Source: a virus | Reading direction: 5' to 3' (one strand) | IMG/VR virus record: IMGVR_UViG_3300021375_000011 | Span: 32,001-96,000 of that record | DNA length: 64,000 nt | In this document: piece after piece, positions 27,769-38,900 of the stretch | Position numbering within the stretch: position 1 is the first letter of the stretch | Layout of the letters: every line of letters begins with the position of its first letter | Position numbers and translations under genes: made by a program | The notes under the pieces: generated by a model | Told to the model about the DNA's origin: nothing | What the model saw: the letters and a program-made list of their open reading frames with translations, nothing else | Database searches by the model: none

Positions 27769-29754
27769 ATGGCATATTCACAGGCAAAAGCTGACAGAAT
27801 GAATCAACTTGCACAGCAGTATCCTAAAGCACCTATTGGTACTTTAGCAACGTTGGCTAATATACCTGTAAGTGAATTGGGTAACTATACCAATGATAGT
27901 GTAGGCACACGTGCAAGTAATGCAAACTTTGGCAGAGTAACCAGCGAAGAGTCTCAGAATATTCAATCAACTGATACGGCACGTAACACTCCTGGATCAG
28001 GAACTGCATTTCAAGGTGGCGGTACTATTGCTGAACAGGCATTTGGCAAGCGACCTCAACCGGATCCGTTTCCAGCGGCTCCACCACCAAGACCAGTACA
28101 GGCACAAGATAGTGATGTAGATTTTACAGATGCGTATGGTGAAAATTTTAGACAAGCAACACCAATTCCTACACCAGTTGTGCAACCACAAGATGATGAT
28201 GTTGAATTTGCTGATGCATACGGAGAAAGTTTTCGAGAAGTTACGCCAATTCCAACAGACACACGTTTTCCGACTAGTAGGACATCAGAGCTTACGCAGA
28301 ACACAGTTGACCCTGGATTGGCAAATGCCCTACGTGATCAAGAGCGTAGAGCAATCGAAGCTAGTAATGCATTTGAGGAGCCACCAGCACCGTCACCATA
28401 TCCTGCACCTCCACCGCCACGTCCAGTAGAAAGTTTTGATGCACCTGTAGATGATTTCAGTGGTTATCCAATTACACAAGTTGATGACTTTAGTGGACCT
28501 ACTAGAAATATTACACAGGTTGATGACTTTGCCGAATATCGTCCACCAGTTACAGAAGTAGATGACTTTGCAGAATTTCAAAGTCCAAATCAAGTAAACC
28601 AATTTGGAGTAGATGATTTTGGTGATCCAGAAGCGGCACAATTTGATGCCTTTGGTGATCCACTTAGAGCTCCAGCAGATGTAAATGACTTTGAGGAATA
28701 TGGCGACTTTATCGATGAACCAGGAGCAGACTTTGATGCATTTGGCAATCCAGTTACTCCAATAGTTGAAAACGATGGAACAAATTTAGTTGGCGATGAT
28801 CCAGTTGCTGACATTGGCGACGGCGCAGAAGGTGATGGCATTGACGGAGTTGAGCAGGCAGCTATATCACAACAAGAACAAGCCGCTATTAACGCAATGG
28901 CATTAAAACAAAAGGCACAACAACAACAAACAATTAGTCAGATGCGTGAAGCATCAGGTGTTAAAAACGCAGATGGTGATTGGCGTGTTAAGCTCCGATT
29001 AGCTCCGCAGGCAACTTACTTGTACAAAGATCCTAATCCAGGTATACTTGCTCCATTAGCAGTTACAGATGGAATTATATTTCCTTATACGCCAACAATA
29101 GATGTGCAGTACAGGGCAGAATACACAAATTACTCGCCAACACACAGTAATTACATGCATTACTTTTACAAAGGTTCTAGTGTGCAAACGGTGCAACTAC
29201 AAGCAGAATTTACTGCACAAGATACTGTCGAAGCAGAATACCTACTAGCATGTATACACTTTTTAAAAAGTTGTAGTAAAATGTTTTATGGGCAAGATGC
29301 ACAAAGAGGATCTCCACCACCATTAATATATCTTACTGGATTAGGCGAATATCAATTTAACGAAGCACCATGTGCGATAACAGAATTTAACTACAACCTG
29401 CCAAACGATGTTAACTACATACGGGCAAGGAGTAGACATATAACAAGAGATGATGCACTTCAATTTCAAAAGCCATTGGCAAGTTCGACAACAAATGGAA
29501 ATTTTAGTGCGTTAAACAGGCTAAAAACAGCAGTAACAAATGCTTTAAACGGAAATACTGAACCATTACAAGTCGGTGCTCAACCATTTAAACCAGCACC
29601 AGGTAACCTGGGTACAAAAGGTGCAACCTATGTGCCAACTAAGTTGGCAATGACCATTAACTTATTACCAATTGTTAGCAGACAACAGGTCAGTCAGCAA
29701 TTTAGTCTCAAAGAATATGCAAATGGTAACTTAATTAAAAGAGGAATGTGGTAA
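27769..29754 (+). CDS. baseplate / tail-tube initiator-like protein (gp48/gp54-like C-terminus) with repetitive acidic N-terminus
   Basis: ATG 27769 after GAGGAG and TAAATA at 27746; C-terminal DWRV.L...FPYTP...HSNY...PPP domain. Confidence 0.6.
   Translation: MAYSQAKADRMNQLAQQYPKAPIGTLATLANIPVSELGNYTNDSVGTRASNANFGRVTSEESQNIQSTDTARNTPGSGTAFQGGGTIAEQAFGKRPQPDPFPAAPPPRPVQAQDSDVDFTDAYGENFRQATPIPTPVVQPQDDDVEFADAYGESFREVTPIPTDTRFPTSRTSELTQNTVDPGLANALRDQERRAIEASNAFEEPPAPSPYPAPPPPRPVESFDAPVDDFSGYPITQVDDFSGPTRNITQVDDFAEYRPPVTEVDDFAEFQSPNQVNQFGVDDFGDPEAAQFDAFGDPLRAPADVNDFEEYGDFIDEPGADFDAFGNPVTPIVENDGTNLVGDDPVADIGDGAEGDGIDGVEQAAISQQEQAAINAMALKQKAQQQQTISQMREASGVKNADGDWRVKLRLAPQATYLYKDPNPGILAPLAVTDGIIFPYTPTIDVQYRAEYTNYSPTHSNYMHYFYKGSSVQTVQLQAEFTAQDTVEAEYLLACIHFLKSCSKMFYGQDAQRGSPPPLIYLTGLGEYQFNEAPCAITEFNYNLPNDVNYIRARSRHITRDDALQFQKPLASSTTNGNFSALNRLKTAVTNALNGNTEPLQVGAQPFKPAPGNLGTKGATYVPTKLAMTINLLPIVSRQQVSQQFSLKEYANGNLIKRGMW
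28060..28750 (+). repeat. coding tandem repeats ((I/V)T(Q/E)VDDF; DV.F.DAYGE.FR..TPIP; FDAFG)
   Basis: repeated GATGA(C/T)TT units and two GATGC.TA.GG.GAAA.TTTT units visible in the DNA. Confidence 0.7.
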
Positions 29755-30062
29755 TGGCTGAAATAGAATATGGTTCAAATAGCATGTACTTTGACACTCC
29801 TATAGTACAAAATCAATACCTTGGTGTTATGGTTGATCGCCCAATACCAAAATTAATTGATGATCTAAGTTTTACCATTAACGAAACATATAATCTACGT
29901 CCTGATGTATTAGCATTTGACTTATATGGCGATGCCGCACTTTGGTGGGTATTTGCACAACGTAATCCAAATCAATTACAAGACCCGTTGTTTGATTTTG
30001 TCACTGGTACAACAATCTACCTACCACAAGAGTCTACACTAAAATCAGTATTAGGCGTCTAA
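29754..30062 (+). CDS. gp53: baseplate wedge subunit (gp53-like, LysM-type)
   Basis: RPDVLAFDLYGDAALWWVF...N motif; ATG overlaps the preceding TAA. Confidence 0.8.
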   Translation: MAEIEYGSNSMYFDTPIVQNQYLGVMVDRPIPKLIDDLSFTINETYNLRPDVLAFDLYGDAALWWVFAQRNPNQLQDPLFDFVTGTTIYLPQESTLKSVLGV

Positions 30063-30063
30063 T

Positions 30064-33000
30064 ATGGCAAATCCGGCAGAGATCAACAGCGCCAGACTAA
30101 GTCAGCAACTTGAGATCAATCGTCAAAAGCTCGCAGTTAAAAGTTTGCAACAACAAGCTCGCACAGGAGCAAAGTGGAGCAATATTCAAGATGACTGGGA
30201 TACCAGTGATGAAAGCGTTAAACTTACACGTAGCACATTGCAAAATCTAAACGGACAAAACGAAGGATTTAAGAACAAACCAGGCTATGTTACTACAAAG
30301 GTTAAACTCACTAGAAATATTACAGAAACAAATGTGCTTGTAAACGATCTTCAAGTTGTAAAGGAAACAACAATTAAAAACGAAAACTCGTTTGAGGTAA
30401 CCAACAACTTGCCAAGAACTAGTGCTGGCACTATTGTTTCTAACGATGCTATTGCAGTTGAAAACACTGGTCGATTCACAACACCTATCGAAGGTAATAA
30501 TTTATTCCTTGACGACACTGTAGTGAAACCAGTTGTAGCAAGTCTAAATAAACCTACTAATGCAAGGTCAGCAAGTCTAAGTGGACTCGAAGATCAACAG
30601 TTAGGAGATGCCAAAGGGTCAGGATCAACTAGCACAGTTGGCGGCGGAAATACAGTCCGTAAAATTACTGCTACACAAAATCAAAATAGTGTACAAGCAA
30701 CAGGACAAGATATACAGAGGGCAACTGATGATGATTCAACCACTGTAGTGTCAAATAGCGTTGGTACTGCTAGTCAAGTGGTTGAAGGACGAACAGAAGT
30801 CGCAGCTGAATTTATGCAAACTATCACACCATCTCCAAACAAATTAGCAGGATTAGCAAGCCAAACATATGCCATATCGATATACCTAATGAACACTGAT
30901 GAGTATACACAGCTATTAGGCAGTGATAGTAAAGTTTTACCAACAGATCAACTGATAGTACAAAGTGGTGGAGCACCAGTGGGCCAACGTAACAAATTTT
31001 TTGATCTTGATTTTTACATCGAGAACTTAGAATTACTTACAACAATTGGAACACAAGGTACTGGTTCCCCTCACAATGTTGTAAAGCTATCGTTTGAGAT
31101 ACTAGAAACAAATGGCATTACGTTTCTTGAAAGACTTAGGCAAGCAGTTTGGGAGCATACCGGCGACAGATCACAAACCATTAATGGACAAAACTATCTT
31201 ATGGTGATCAGATTTTATGGTTACGATGATCAAGGTAATTTAGTAAGTAGTGCACCTGGACAAGAACCAAAACCAGAACAAACAAGTGATCCAAATGCGT
31301 TGGTTGAAAAGTTTATTCCGTTTCAAATAAACCAATTAAGATACAAAATTGCTTCTGAAGCAGTGATGTACACTATTGAGGCAACACCAACAATCATGAC
31401 AGTTGGCTATAGTACTGCACGAGGCACAATCCCATTTAATTTTCAACTTAGTGCAGTTGATGTTCAAACCTTGTTAAATGGCGATACAGAAATACAAACA
31501 ACTCAAAGACAAATTACAGACACTGACGATGACGAAGCCATGGAAGTTTCTGAACGTGCTCCGCCTGCAAAAAAAATTGGCTTAAAAGGAGCAACTATAA
31601 CACAAGGACTGGCTACTGCTCTAAATGAACATCAACAGTTGTTAGCAGAAAAAACTCCTGGTATGATTCCAGACAAGTACACAATTGAATTAGAAGACGT
31701 TGCTGGACTAAAAGATGCAAAAATGCGTAAGCAAGGCACTGTTGACAAACGTAGATCCCCACTGCAAGACAATCCAGATCCAAATCAAAAACTTAACCAA
31801 AAGAAGCAGAACTTTGATACAGATACTAAAAATTACAGTATAAATGCTGGTACACAGATTGTGCAGTTGATTGATCAAGTGATGAAGAATAGTACCTATG
31901 TAACTGCTCAACAAACAGTTGCGTTTGATGAAATAAGCAAAAAGGAAATTAAAAACACTCCAGTTAAAACTGTACAATGGTATAGAATTACACAAACTGC
32001 AACTCCTACAGAGTATGATCCTGTGCGTCAAGATTATGCATATGACATACACTACAAGATATCAAGGTACCAGATTAACACTCCACGTTCACCATACTTT
32101 CCGCCTGCAATGTACAGAGGTGTACACAAGTTGTACAACTATTGGTTTACAGGACAAAACACAGAAGTAATAAACTTTGAAGTAGAGGCAAATACCAACT
32201 ATCTTTCTCCTATTAGCAACAGTGGACTTGCTAACAATACAATCAATGCAAGGTTTGCTGAAAAACAGTTTTTTCAAACAAGTGCTGAAGAAAGCACACA
32301 AGGTGGACAAGGTGAAAGTACATTGCCAGCGGCACAACTTGCTTCTCGATTGTATTCTCCAGCTGATGTAGCAAAAACAAATATAGAAATAATAGGCGAT
32401 CCAGACTGGATTACACAAAGTGAATTGTTCTATACAGAATCAAATCTTAAACCATTTGAGCGTGACGGAAGTTGTAACATGAGAGCCAGTGAAGTACTGT
32501 TTGAATTGAGATTCAATCGTCCAACAGACTATGATTTGCCAACTGGGTTGACACCAGTGTTTAAAAACAATACAGGGTCAAGTGCTATTACTGGTGAAGT
32601 TAATCTTCCTGAAGAAAGTATTGTGTTTATGGCACAAAAAATTACCAATAAGTTTCAAAATGGAAAGTTTACACAGGAGATACTAGGCACTCTACGAGAC
32701 TTTGCTACTGCCATTGACAGTCCAGAAATGAAAAAAGAAGAGTCCAACAAAGTTGAAAAAGTTGCAACACCAGTTGCTCGACCAAGTGGTGTGCGTAGCA
32801 CAAAGAAAGAACCAGTGCCAACATACGATGATGCAGTGCAACGTAGAGCAAGAGGACTAGGTGTTGCGAATAATTCAGCACCGACAGGTGTAAATGAACG
32901 TCCTGACTATATTACAGGCAGTGGTAGGCCTAGTGGTTTAAAGCCAACTGAGAACCAAGGCAGTAAAGTAGCACCTACGCAAAACTACGATGATGCAATT

Positions 33001-33273
33001 ATGCGTAACAAAAGAATTGCCACTATGCAAAATGCTAGTACTAACTATGTAGACCCAATAGTAAACAAGGCAAACTGGCAACCAAAAGTACCACCAAAGC
33101 CTGCTTCAAATGTTATAAGCGACGATGCAGGAGGCAACAACGGTTTTCAAGGATCGTTGTTGAAACGCAAGAATCAACTTGCCTTAGAAAGATCAAAACG
33201 CAGAGTAGCGGCAGGTGCTAAAGTACAAAGCAGTAGTGGAGGCGGTGTAAGAACAGACTCCGCATTTAGATAG
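30064..33273 (+). CDS. baseplate hub protein (gp27/gp44-like, extended)
   Basis: 1069 aa between gp53 and gp5; IIGDPDW and F..GKFTQ motifs. Confidence 0.55.
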   Translation: MANPAEINSARLSQQLEINRQKLAVKSLQQQARTGAKWSNIQDDWDTSDESVKLTRSTLQNLNGQNEGFKNKPGYVTTKVKLTRNITETNVLVNDLQVVKETTIKNENSFEVTNNLPRTSAGTIVSNDAIAVENTGRFTTPIEGNNLFLDDTVVKPVVASLNKPTNARSASLSGLEDQQLGDAKGSGSTSTVGGGNTVRKITATQNQNSVQATGQDIQRATDDDSTTVVSNSVGTASQVVEGRTEVAAEFMQTITPSPNKLAGLASQTYAISIYLMNTDEYTQLLGSDSKVLPTDQLIVQSGGAPVGQRNKFFDLDFYIENLELLTTIGTQGTGSPHNVVKLSFEILETNGITFLERLRQAVWEHTGDRSQTINGQNYLMVIRFYGYDDQGNLVSSAPGQEPKPEQTSDPNALVEKFIPFQINQLRYKIASEAVMYTIEATPTIMTVGYSTARGTIPFNFQLSAVDVQTLLNGDTEIQTTQRQITDTDDDEAMEVSERAPPAKKIGLKGATITQGLATALNEHQQLLAEKTPGMIPDKYTIELEDVAGLKDAKMRKQGTVDKRRSPLQDNPDPNQKLNQKKQNFDTDTKNYSINAGTQIVQLIDQVMKNSTYVTAQQTVAFDEISKKEIKNTPVKTVQWYRITQTATPTEYDPVRQDYAYDIHYKISRYQINTPRSPYFPPAMYRGVHKLYNYWFTGQNTEVINFEVEANTNYLSPISNSGLANNTINARFAEKQFFQTSAEESTQGGQGESTLPAAQLASRLYSPADVAKTNIEIIGDPDWITQSELFYTESNLKPFERDGSCNMRASEVLFELRFNRPTDYDLPTGLTPVFKNNTGSSAITGEVNLPEESIVFMAQKITNKFQNGKFTQEILGTLRDFATAIDSPEMKKEESNKVEKVATPVARPSGVRSTKKEPVPTYDDAVQRRARGLGVANNSAPTGVNERPDYITGSGRPSGLKPTENQGSKVAPTQNYDDAIMRNKRIATMQNASTNYVDPIVNKANWQPKVPPKPASNVISDDAGGNNGFQGSLLKRKNQLALERSKRRVAAGAKVQSSSGGGVRTDSAFR

Positions 33274-33280
33274 GTAGGAT

Positions 33281-35515
33281 ATGGCAGAAAATTATCAACG
33301 CAGTGTAGGAACTCCAAGGGCTTATAAAGAAACCAAAGGTGGTATTCCTGCTCCTTCAGGACCATATATAGGTGAAGTGGTTAACAATGTAGACCCCACA
33401 AGAAGTGGGCGTGTACAGGTGTATTTAGAATACCTTGCAGGACCAGATAAAAACAACAAAGATTTATGGCGAACTGTAAGTTACATCACACCTTACTATG
33501 GTTTTACACAACAGAGTGCACCACAACCAACAGGCCCTGGAAGTTTTGTTGGAAACAATCACAGTTATGGATTTTGGGGAACACCACCAGATTTAGGTAC
33601 AAAAGTAATTTGCTTTTTTGTAGACGGTGATCCTACACAAGGTTACTATCTCGGAATGCCAATTGAACCAGGACTTAATCACATGGTACCTGCAATTGGT
33701 GCCAGTGAAAAATATGTCGATGACAGTAATTCACCATTGTTTGCAAACAAACAAAAATTGCCAGTGGTTGAAATAAACAACAGTAACAAAGCCATTGCAG
33801 AAAATCCAAGATTTTTTGAAGAAACAAAACCAGTGCATAGTGTCCTTGCTGGACAAATGTTGTCACAAGGTGTCATAGCTGATCCACTGCTTGGACCTAT
33901 AACATCAAACAGTCAAAGAGAGTCACCGAGTAATTGTTTTGGTATCAGTACTCCAGGAAGACCAGTATACTCAGGTGGACTAACAGATGCACAGTTACAA
34001 CAAAAGATAAACAGTTCAACACTACAAGCAAATGAAGTTAATGTGATTGGCCGTAAAGGTGGGCATAGTATCGTAATGGATGATGGAAGTCAATCCAACG
34101 AAGATAATTTAATTCGATTACGTACCAGTGCAGGTCATCAAATAATGATGAACGATACACCCGACGGGCAAACAATACATATTATGCATGCTAATGGGCA
34201 ATCATGGGTTGAACTAGGCAAAGAAGGCACCATAGATGTATATGCTTCAAACAGTTTAAACATAAGAAGTGCTGGTGAAATCAATATGCATGCTGACAGA
34301 AATATTAATATTAACAGCGAAAATGGCAGTATAAACATGAATGCTAAAGGTTCAATGAGTTTAGAAAGTTCTAGTTTAAACCTAACAGGAACAAACAGTT
34401 TACTCGCCTACAGTAAAAGCATGATAGGCTTAAAAAGTGATTCGTCATTGATGCTAAAAAGCAACACTGGCAGTTGGGGAGCAGGCTCAGGACTTACACT
34501 AGAAGCAGGATGTATAAAACTAAACAGCGGATCAGCTCCAGATGTCCCTAAAGCACAAGAAATTCCAAAACGTAGGTTACCTGACACTGCATTTAGTCCT
34601 CAACAAGGATGGATACCAGAACCAGCCGCAATTGAAACTATAGTGACACGTGCTCCGACACACGAACCTTATGCTGAGCGTGGCACAGGTGTAAACGCAA
34701 CCACTAATTTGGCCAGCACAAGTGAAACGGTACCATTGGATAAAAAAACACAAGACGCAGTTGATAACACAGAAAAAACAGAAATTAAAAAGATTGAAAA
34801 AGGCGACTACGAAGCACAAGAGTCAGCAAAAAGTAATGTTGGAAAGATTGCTCCAGAAAAAGTTACCGGTATGTTGGCACAAGCAAGTAAAGAAGTGCCA
34901 CAAGGATTCAATGAAATATCAAACACAGTTGGTGTTGGAAAATTTGGCTTCAGTGCTCCAGAGCTTGAAACTGCAGGATTCTTAAAACCAGGTACTAGTG
35001 ACTTCTTCCTCAAAGATGCTACTTCAGACCTAAACACTGTGTTAAGCAGTTCGAGTGTGTGGAGCGGAAATCAAGGCATAAACGGAGTAAGCGACTTTTT
35101 AAACAATGAAGCAATACAAGACCTGACCAAAACAGATTTGTTTACCAAAGGACTTAACAGTTTACAAAATGCAGGAATAGTTACAGGTTTAGAAAATGAA
35201 GCTGACCTAGCGGGACTAGTGAGCGGTGCGAGTAAATTTGGAGTAGACGCAGTCAAGAAATGGACACAAGGCAGTGCAATACTAGGCAAAACTTTTAACG
35301 GTGCCAATAGCGGAAATATCACTGCAGGACAAATGAATGAATTAGTTAAGGGCGGGCAGTATGCAGTCAATCTTACCACACAAAAAATCAGCAGTGAAAT
35401 ACAAGGTTTTACAACTGGTACACTTGGCACAACTGGCACTGTGATAAGAAAAGAAATAGATACAGCAGTACAGTCAGTTATTGCTAGTCAAAAAGTCACT
35501 GGAATAGAAACATAA
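33281..35515 (+). CDS. gp5: baseplate central spike (gp5/VgrG-like)
   Basis: G.VVNN.DPTRSGRVQV OB-fold, GHSIVMDD...IRLRTSAGHQI beta-helix, PTHEPY. Confidence 0.8.
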   Translation: MAENYQRSVGTPRAYKETKGGIPAPSGPYIGEVVNNVDPTRSGRVQVYLEYLAGPDKNNKDLWRTVSYITPYYGFTQQSAPQPTGPGSFVGNNHSYGFWGTPPDLGTKVICFFVDGDPTQGYYLGMPIEPGLNHMVPAIGASEKYVDDSNSPLFANKQKLPVVEINNSNKAIAENPRFFEETKPVHSVLAGQMLSQGVIADPLLGPITSNSQRESPSNCFGISTPGRPVYSGGLTDAQLQQKINSSTLQANEVNVIGRKGGHSIVMDDGSQSNEDNLIRLRTSAGHQIMMNDTPDGQTIHIMHANGQSWVELGKEGTIDVYASNSLNIRSAGEINMHADRNININSENGSINMNAKGSMSLESSSLNLTGTNSLLAYSKSMIGLKSDSSLMLKSNTGSWGAGSGLTLEAGCIKLNSGSAPDVPKAQEIPKRRLPDTAFSPQQGWIPEPAAIETIVTRAPTHEPYAERGTGVNATTNLASTSETVPLDKKTQDAVDNTEKTEIKKIEKGDYEAQESAKSNVGKIAPEKVTGMLAQASKEVPQGFNEISNTVGVGKFGFSAPELETAGFLKPGTSDFFLKDATSDLNTVLSSSSVWSGNQGINGVSDFLNNEAIQDLTKTDLFTKGLNSLQNAGIVTGLENEADLAGLVSGASKFGVDAVKKWTQGSAILGKTFNGANSGNITAGQMNELVKGGQYAVNLTTQKISSEIQGFTTGTLGTTGTVIRKEIDTAVQSVIASQKVTGIET

Positions 35516-35522
35516 ATACGGT

Positions 35523-35903
35523 ATGACAACAGTAATCGGATATAGCACAGTAGGTAGATATAAAAATTATACCCTTACTGATTTTGAACTCATTAAGGTA
35601 GACTTATTGAATGCACTAAACATCAGACAAGGCGAAATGCCTGGCAGACCTGATGTTGGAACTAGTATGTGGAGTCTTATATTTGAACCACAAAGTGCCC
35701 AAACATCAAAAGCAATTATCAATGAATTACAGCGTGTAGTTGCTCAAGATCCAAGAATAGAAATATCAGACATTAATGTATTTGCACAGGAAAATGGATT
35801 TTTATGTGAACTTGAAGTGCAAACTATTGCCGGACAAGATGCAAATAGTTTAACTGTGTTCTTTGACAATCAAACACAACGAGCCGCGTTCTCAGACGTC
35901 TAG
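35523..35903 (+). CDS. gp25: baseplate wedge subunit (gp25-like)
   Basis: DLLNALNIRQGE...P.VG...LIFEP...DPRI. Confidence 0.88.
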   Translation: MTTVIGYSTVGRYKNYTLTDFELIKVDLLNALNIRQGEMPGRPDVGTSMWSLIFEPQSAQTSKAIINELQRVVAQDPRIEISDINVFAQENGFLCELEVQTIAGQDANSLTVFFDNQTQRAAFSDV

Positions 35904-35905
35904 TA

Positions 35906-35936
35906 TAAACTACGTAGTTTATTTTAATGATAAATA
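35906..35936 (+). promoter_or_regulatory. late promoter with upstream palindrome
   Basis: perfect palindrome TAAACTACGTAGTTTA (35906-35921), then TAAATA (35931-35936). Confidence 0.6.
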
Positions 35937-35954
35937 CTAGGTAAGGAAATACAT

Positions 35955-38900
35955 ATGGCTAAAACTACAAGACAAACTAGTATATTTGGCGTTGAGGATT
36001 GGAAGAGAATTTACCAAACTTACCGTGAAGCAGACTTTCAAAGTTATGATTTTGAAACACTGCGTAAAAGTTTTATAGATTATATACGTCTATACTACCC
36101 AGAAAGTTTTAATGACTATATTGAGTCAAGTGAATTTATAGCACTGCTTGATGTTATGGCATTTATGGGACAAGCAGGTAGTTTTAGAAATGATCTAAAC
36201 ACTAGAGAGAACTTCATTGACACTGCTGAAAGACGTGACAGTGTCAATAGATTAGCAGAACTAGTAAGTTACACACCAAAGCGTAATACTGCGGCATCGG
36301 GCTTTTTAAAAGTACAAAGTATAAGCACCACAGAAGGCGTCATTGACTTTACTGGTGTAAATCTTTCAAACGTAACAGTAAACTGGAATGACACTACAAA
36401 CGCAAACTGGCTAGAACAGTTTACAGTGATAGTAAATGCGGCTTTAGATAATAGTCAACGTTTTGGTCGTCCTGGAAACAGTCAGACAATATTAGGCGTA
36501 CAGACCGATGAATATGCACTTAACCTGATACAAGGGTTTTTACCAGTCATACCATTTACCAGTACAGTAAACGGAACATCAATGGGATTTGAGGCAGTAT
36601 GTGCTACAACACAAGATGAAACATTTGTGTACGAGCCATCACCAGCTCCAAATGGTGCTTTTAATATTTTATATAGAAATGATAAACAAGGATATGCTAG
36701 TGCAAACACTGGCTATTTCTTCTTGTTCAAGCAAGGAAGTCTACAAGACTTAGATTTTAACTTGGGCGAGCGTATAAGCAACAGAGTTGTAAACGTAAAC
36801 ATAGAAGGTATTAACAATGAGGACACATGGTTGTACCAACTTGATTCTCAAGGAAATATTACCAATGAATGGGACTATGTCGAAAACATTTACTCAGGCG
36901 CAGTTGAAGAACTAACTCCAGAACAACGTCGGTACTTTACAATAAGTTCTCGAACAAATGATCAAATCAATTTAAACTTTGGAGATGGTGTGTTCAGTAG
37001 CATACCAGTTGGCAGTTTTAGAACTTATGTCCGTGCCAGTAACGGATTAAGTTATATTATCAATCAAGATGAGATGCAAAACGTAACCATCTCAATTGGC
37101 TATGTAAGTCGTACAGGTAGGAATGAAACACTTACTTTTACATGTGCATTAACTCAACCAGTGAGCAATGCCGCCAACAGAGAAAATATTAACGATATAA
37201 AACAACGTGCTCCTGCAAGATATTACACACAAAACAGAATGGTTAACGGAGAAGACTACAACAATTTTCCATATACACTTTATTCAACTATAATCAAGTC
37301 CAAGGCTGTTAATCGTAGCTCAATTGGTACTAGTAGATATTTGGATCTTGTAGATATCACTGGAAAATATTCAAGCACAAATGTTTTTGCTAGTGATGGA
37401 TTAATATACGAAAACACCGCAGTACCTAGTTTTACTTTCACATTTGTTGACCAAAATGATATTACAGATGTAATTGTAAATCAAGTCGAGCCGGTATTAG
37501 CAAGTCGTGGTATGCAAGAGTTTTATTATGAAAACTTTACTCGACCAGACCTAGCAGTATTGAATTTAGACTGGAGTCAAAGCACAACCAGCAACAACGA
37601 AACCACAGGATTTTTTAGATTTGTCGCTAGCGGAGCGCCTGCACCGGTAGGACCGCAAGCAAGTGATAACAAAAAGTATATTGCACAAGGTGGATTAGTT
37701 AAATTTACACCTCCTGCAGGACAATATTTTACTGCTACGAATAGGTTAGCAGTTGGATCGCCAACGTTGCCTGGAGATAAAACAGTGTTATGGGCAACTG
37801 TAACTGCATTAGAACTTGACGGGACAAATCAAGGAGTCGGCAATAATGCAGATGGCACCGGACCTGTCACGCTAAACAATTTTATTCCTACTAACGCAGT
37901 ACCAACTGAAGTTATTCCAAACTTTATTACAGATTTGCCAACTGCAATTGAAACCACAATGCGTGAAAACATTGAGTTATATAGAAATTTTGGGTTAGGA
38001 TATGATAATCTAACAAGTACTTGGTATGTGATTACTAGCACTAATATCAACAACGCAATAACATTTAGTTTAACATATGCACAGAATACATCAGGCACAG
38101 GACTGGATAATTCCTGGCTGGTTGATTTTACAACTGATGGAGTTACATATACAGTTAGCTCAAGAAGCCTACAACGCTTTTGGGCCAGTGTGTTAGAAAC
38201 AAGATTCTTCTATGATGGCACACAGAAAGTATATGATCCAAAAACCGGAACAGTTATAAATGACTTTATAAATGTGCTTAAAACAAACAACAAACCAGAT
38301 TCAAGTACAACATTGAACAGTGATGAAGTATTAGACATTATTGATCAACCTGTTGAAACTGATGGCTTTGTCGATGACTTTAGAGTGAGAATAAGTTACA
38401 AAGATTCAGACAATGATGGAATACCAGACAATCCAGACTACTTTACAGATCTTGTTGCTCCGACAGTGAATCCTAATAACAAAAGAATCTACTTGCAACA
38501 AACAGTTGACTTTGACAATTTAGAAAGATATTTGCCTCTCGCCTCTGGTGTAGTAATAGGAACGATTGCAACCAAAGATGCAATTGAACTTGTAAAAAGC
38601 GAGTATGCTGATAAACAAGTATTTTATGCATACACCGATAAAAAGTTTTATCAGCTCACAGTTGATTATGAAGGTTTACGAACAATTACAGAGGTAACGG
38701 GTTATGATACCTATGTTGGCAGACAAGGATTATATTTTCAATATCGTCATAACGCTCCATTAAGCAGACGTATTGATCCTGGAACAACAAATATTATTGA
38801 CCTATATCTTGTAACACAATCTTATTATATTGCTTATCAAAATTACATACGTGATAGTACAGGCACTGTTACAGAACCAGCAAAGCCTACAATAGATGAG

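Noticed and set aside
28440-28620. Possible CRISPR-like repeat array
   Set aside because: Repeats are short, degenerate at third codon positions and in frame (VDDF peptides); no cas genes nearby.
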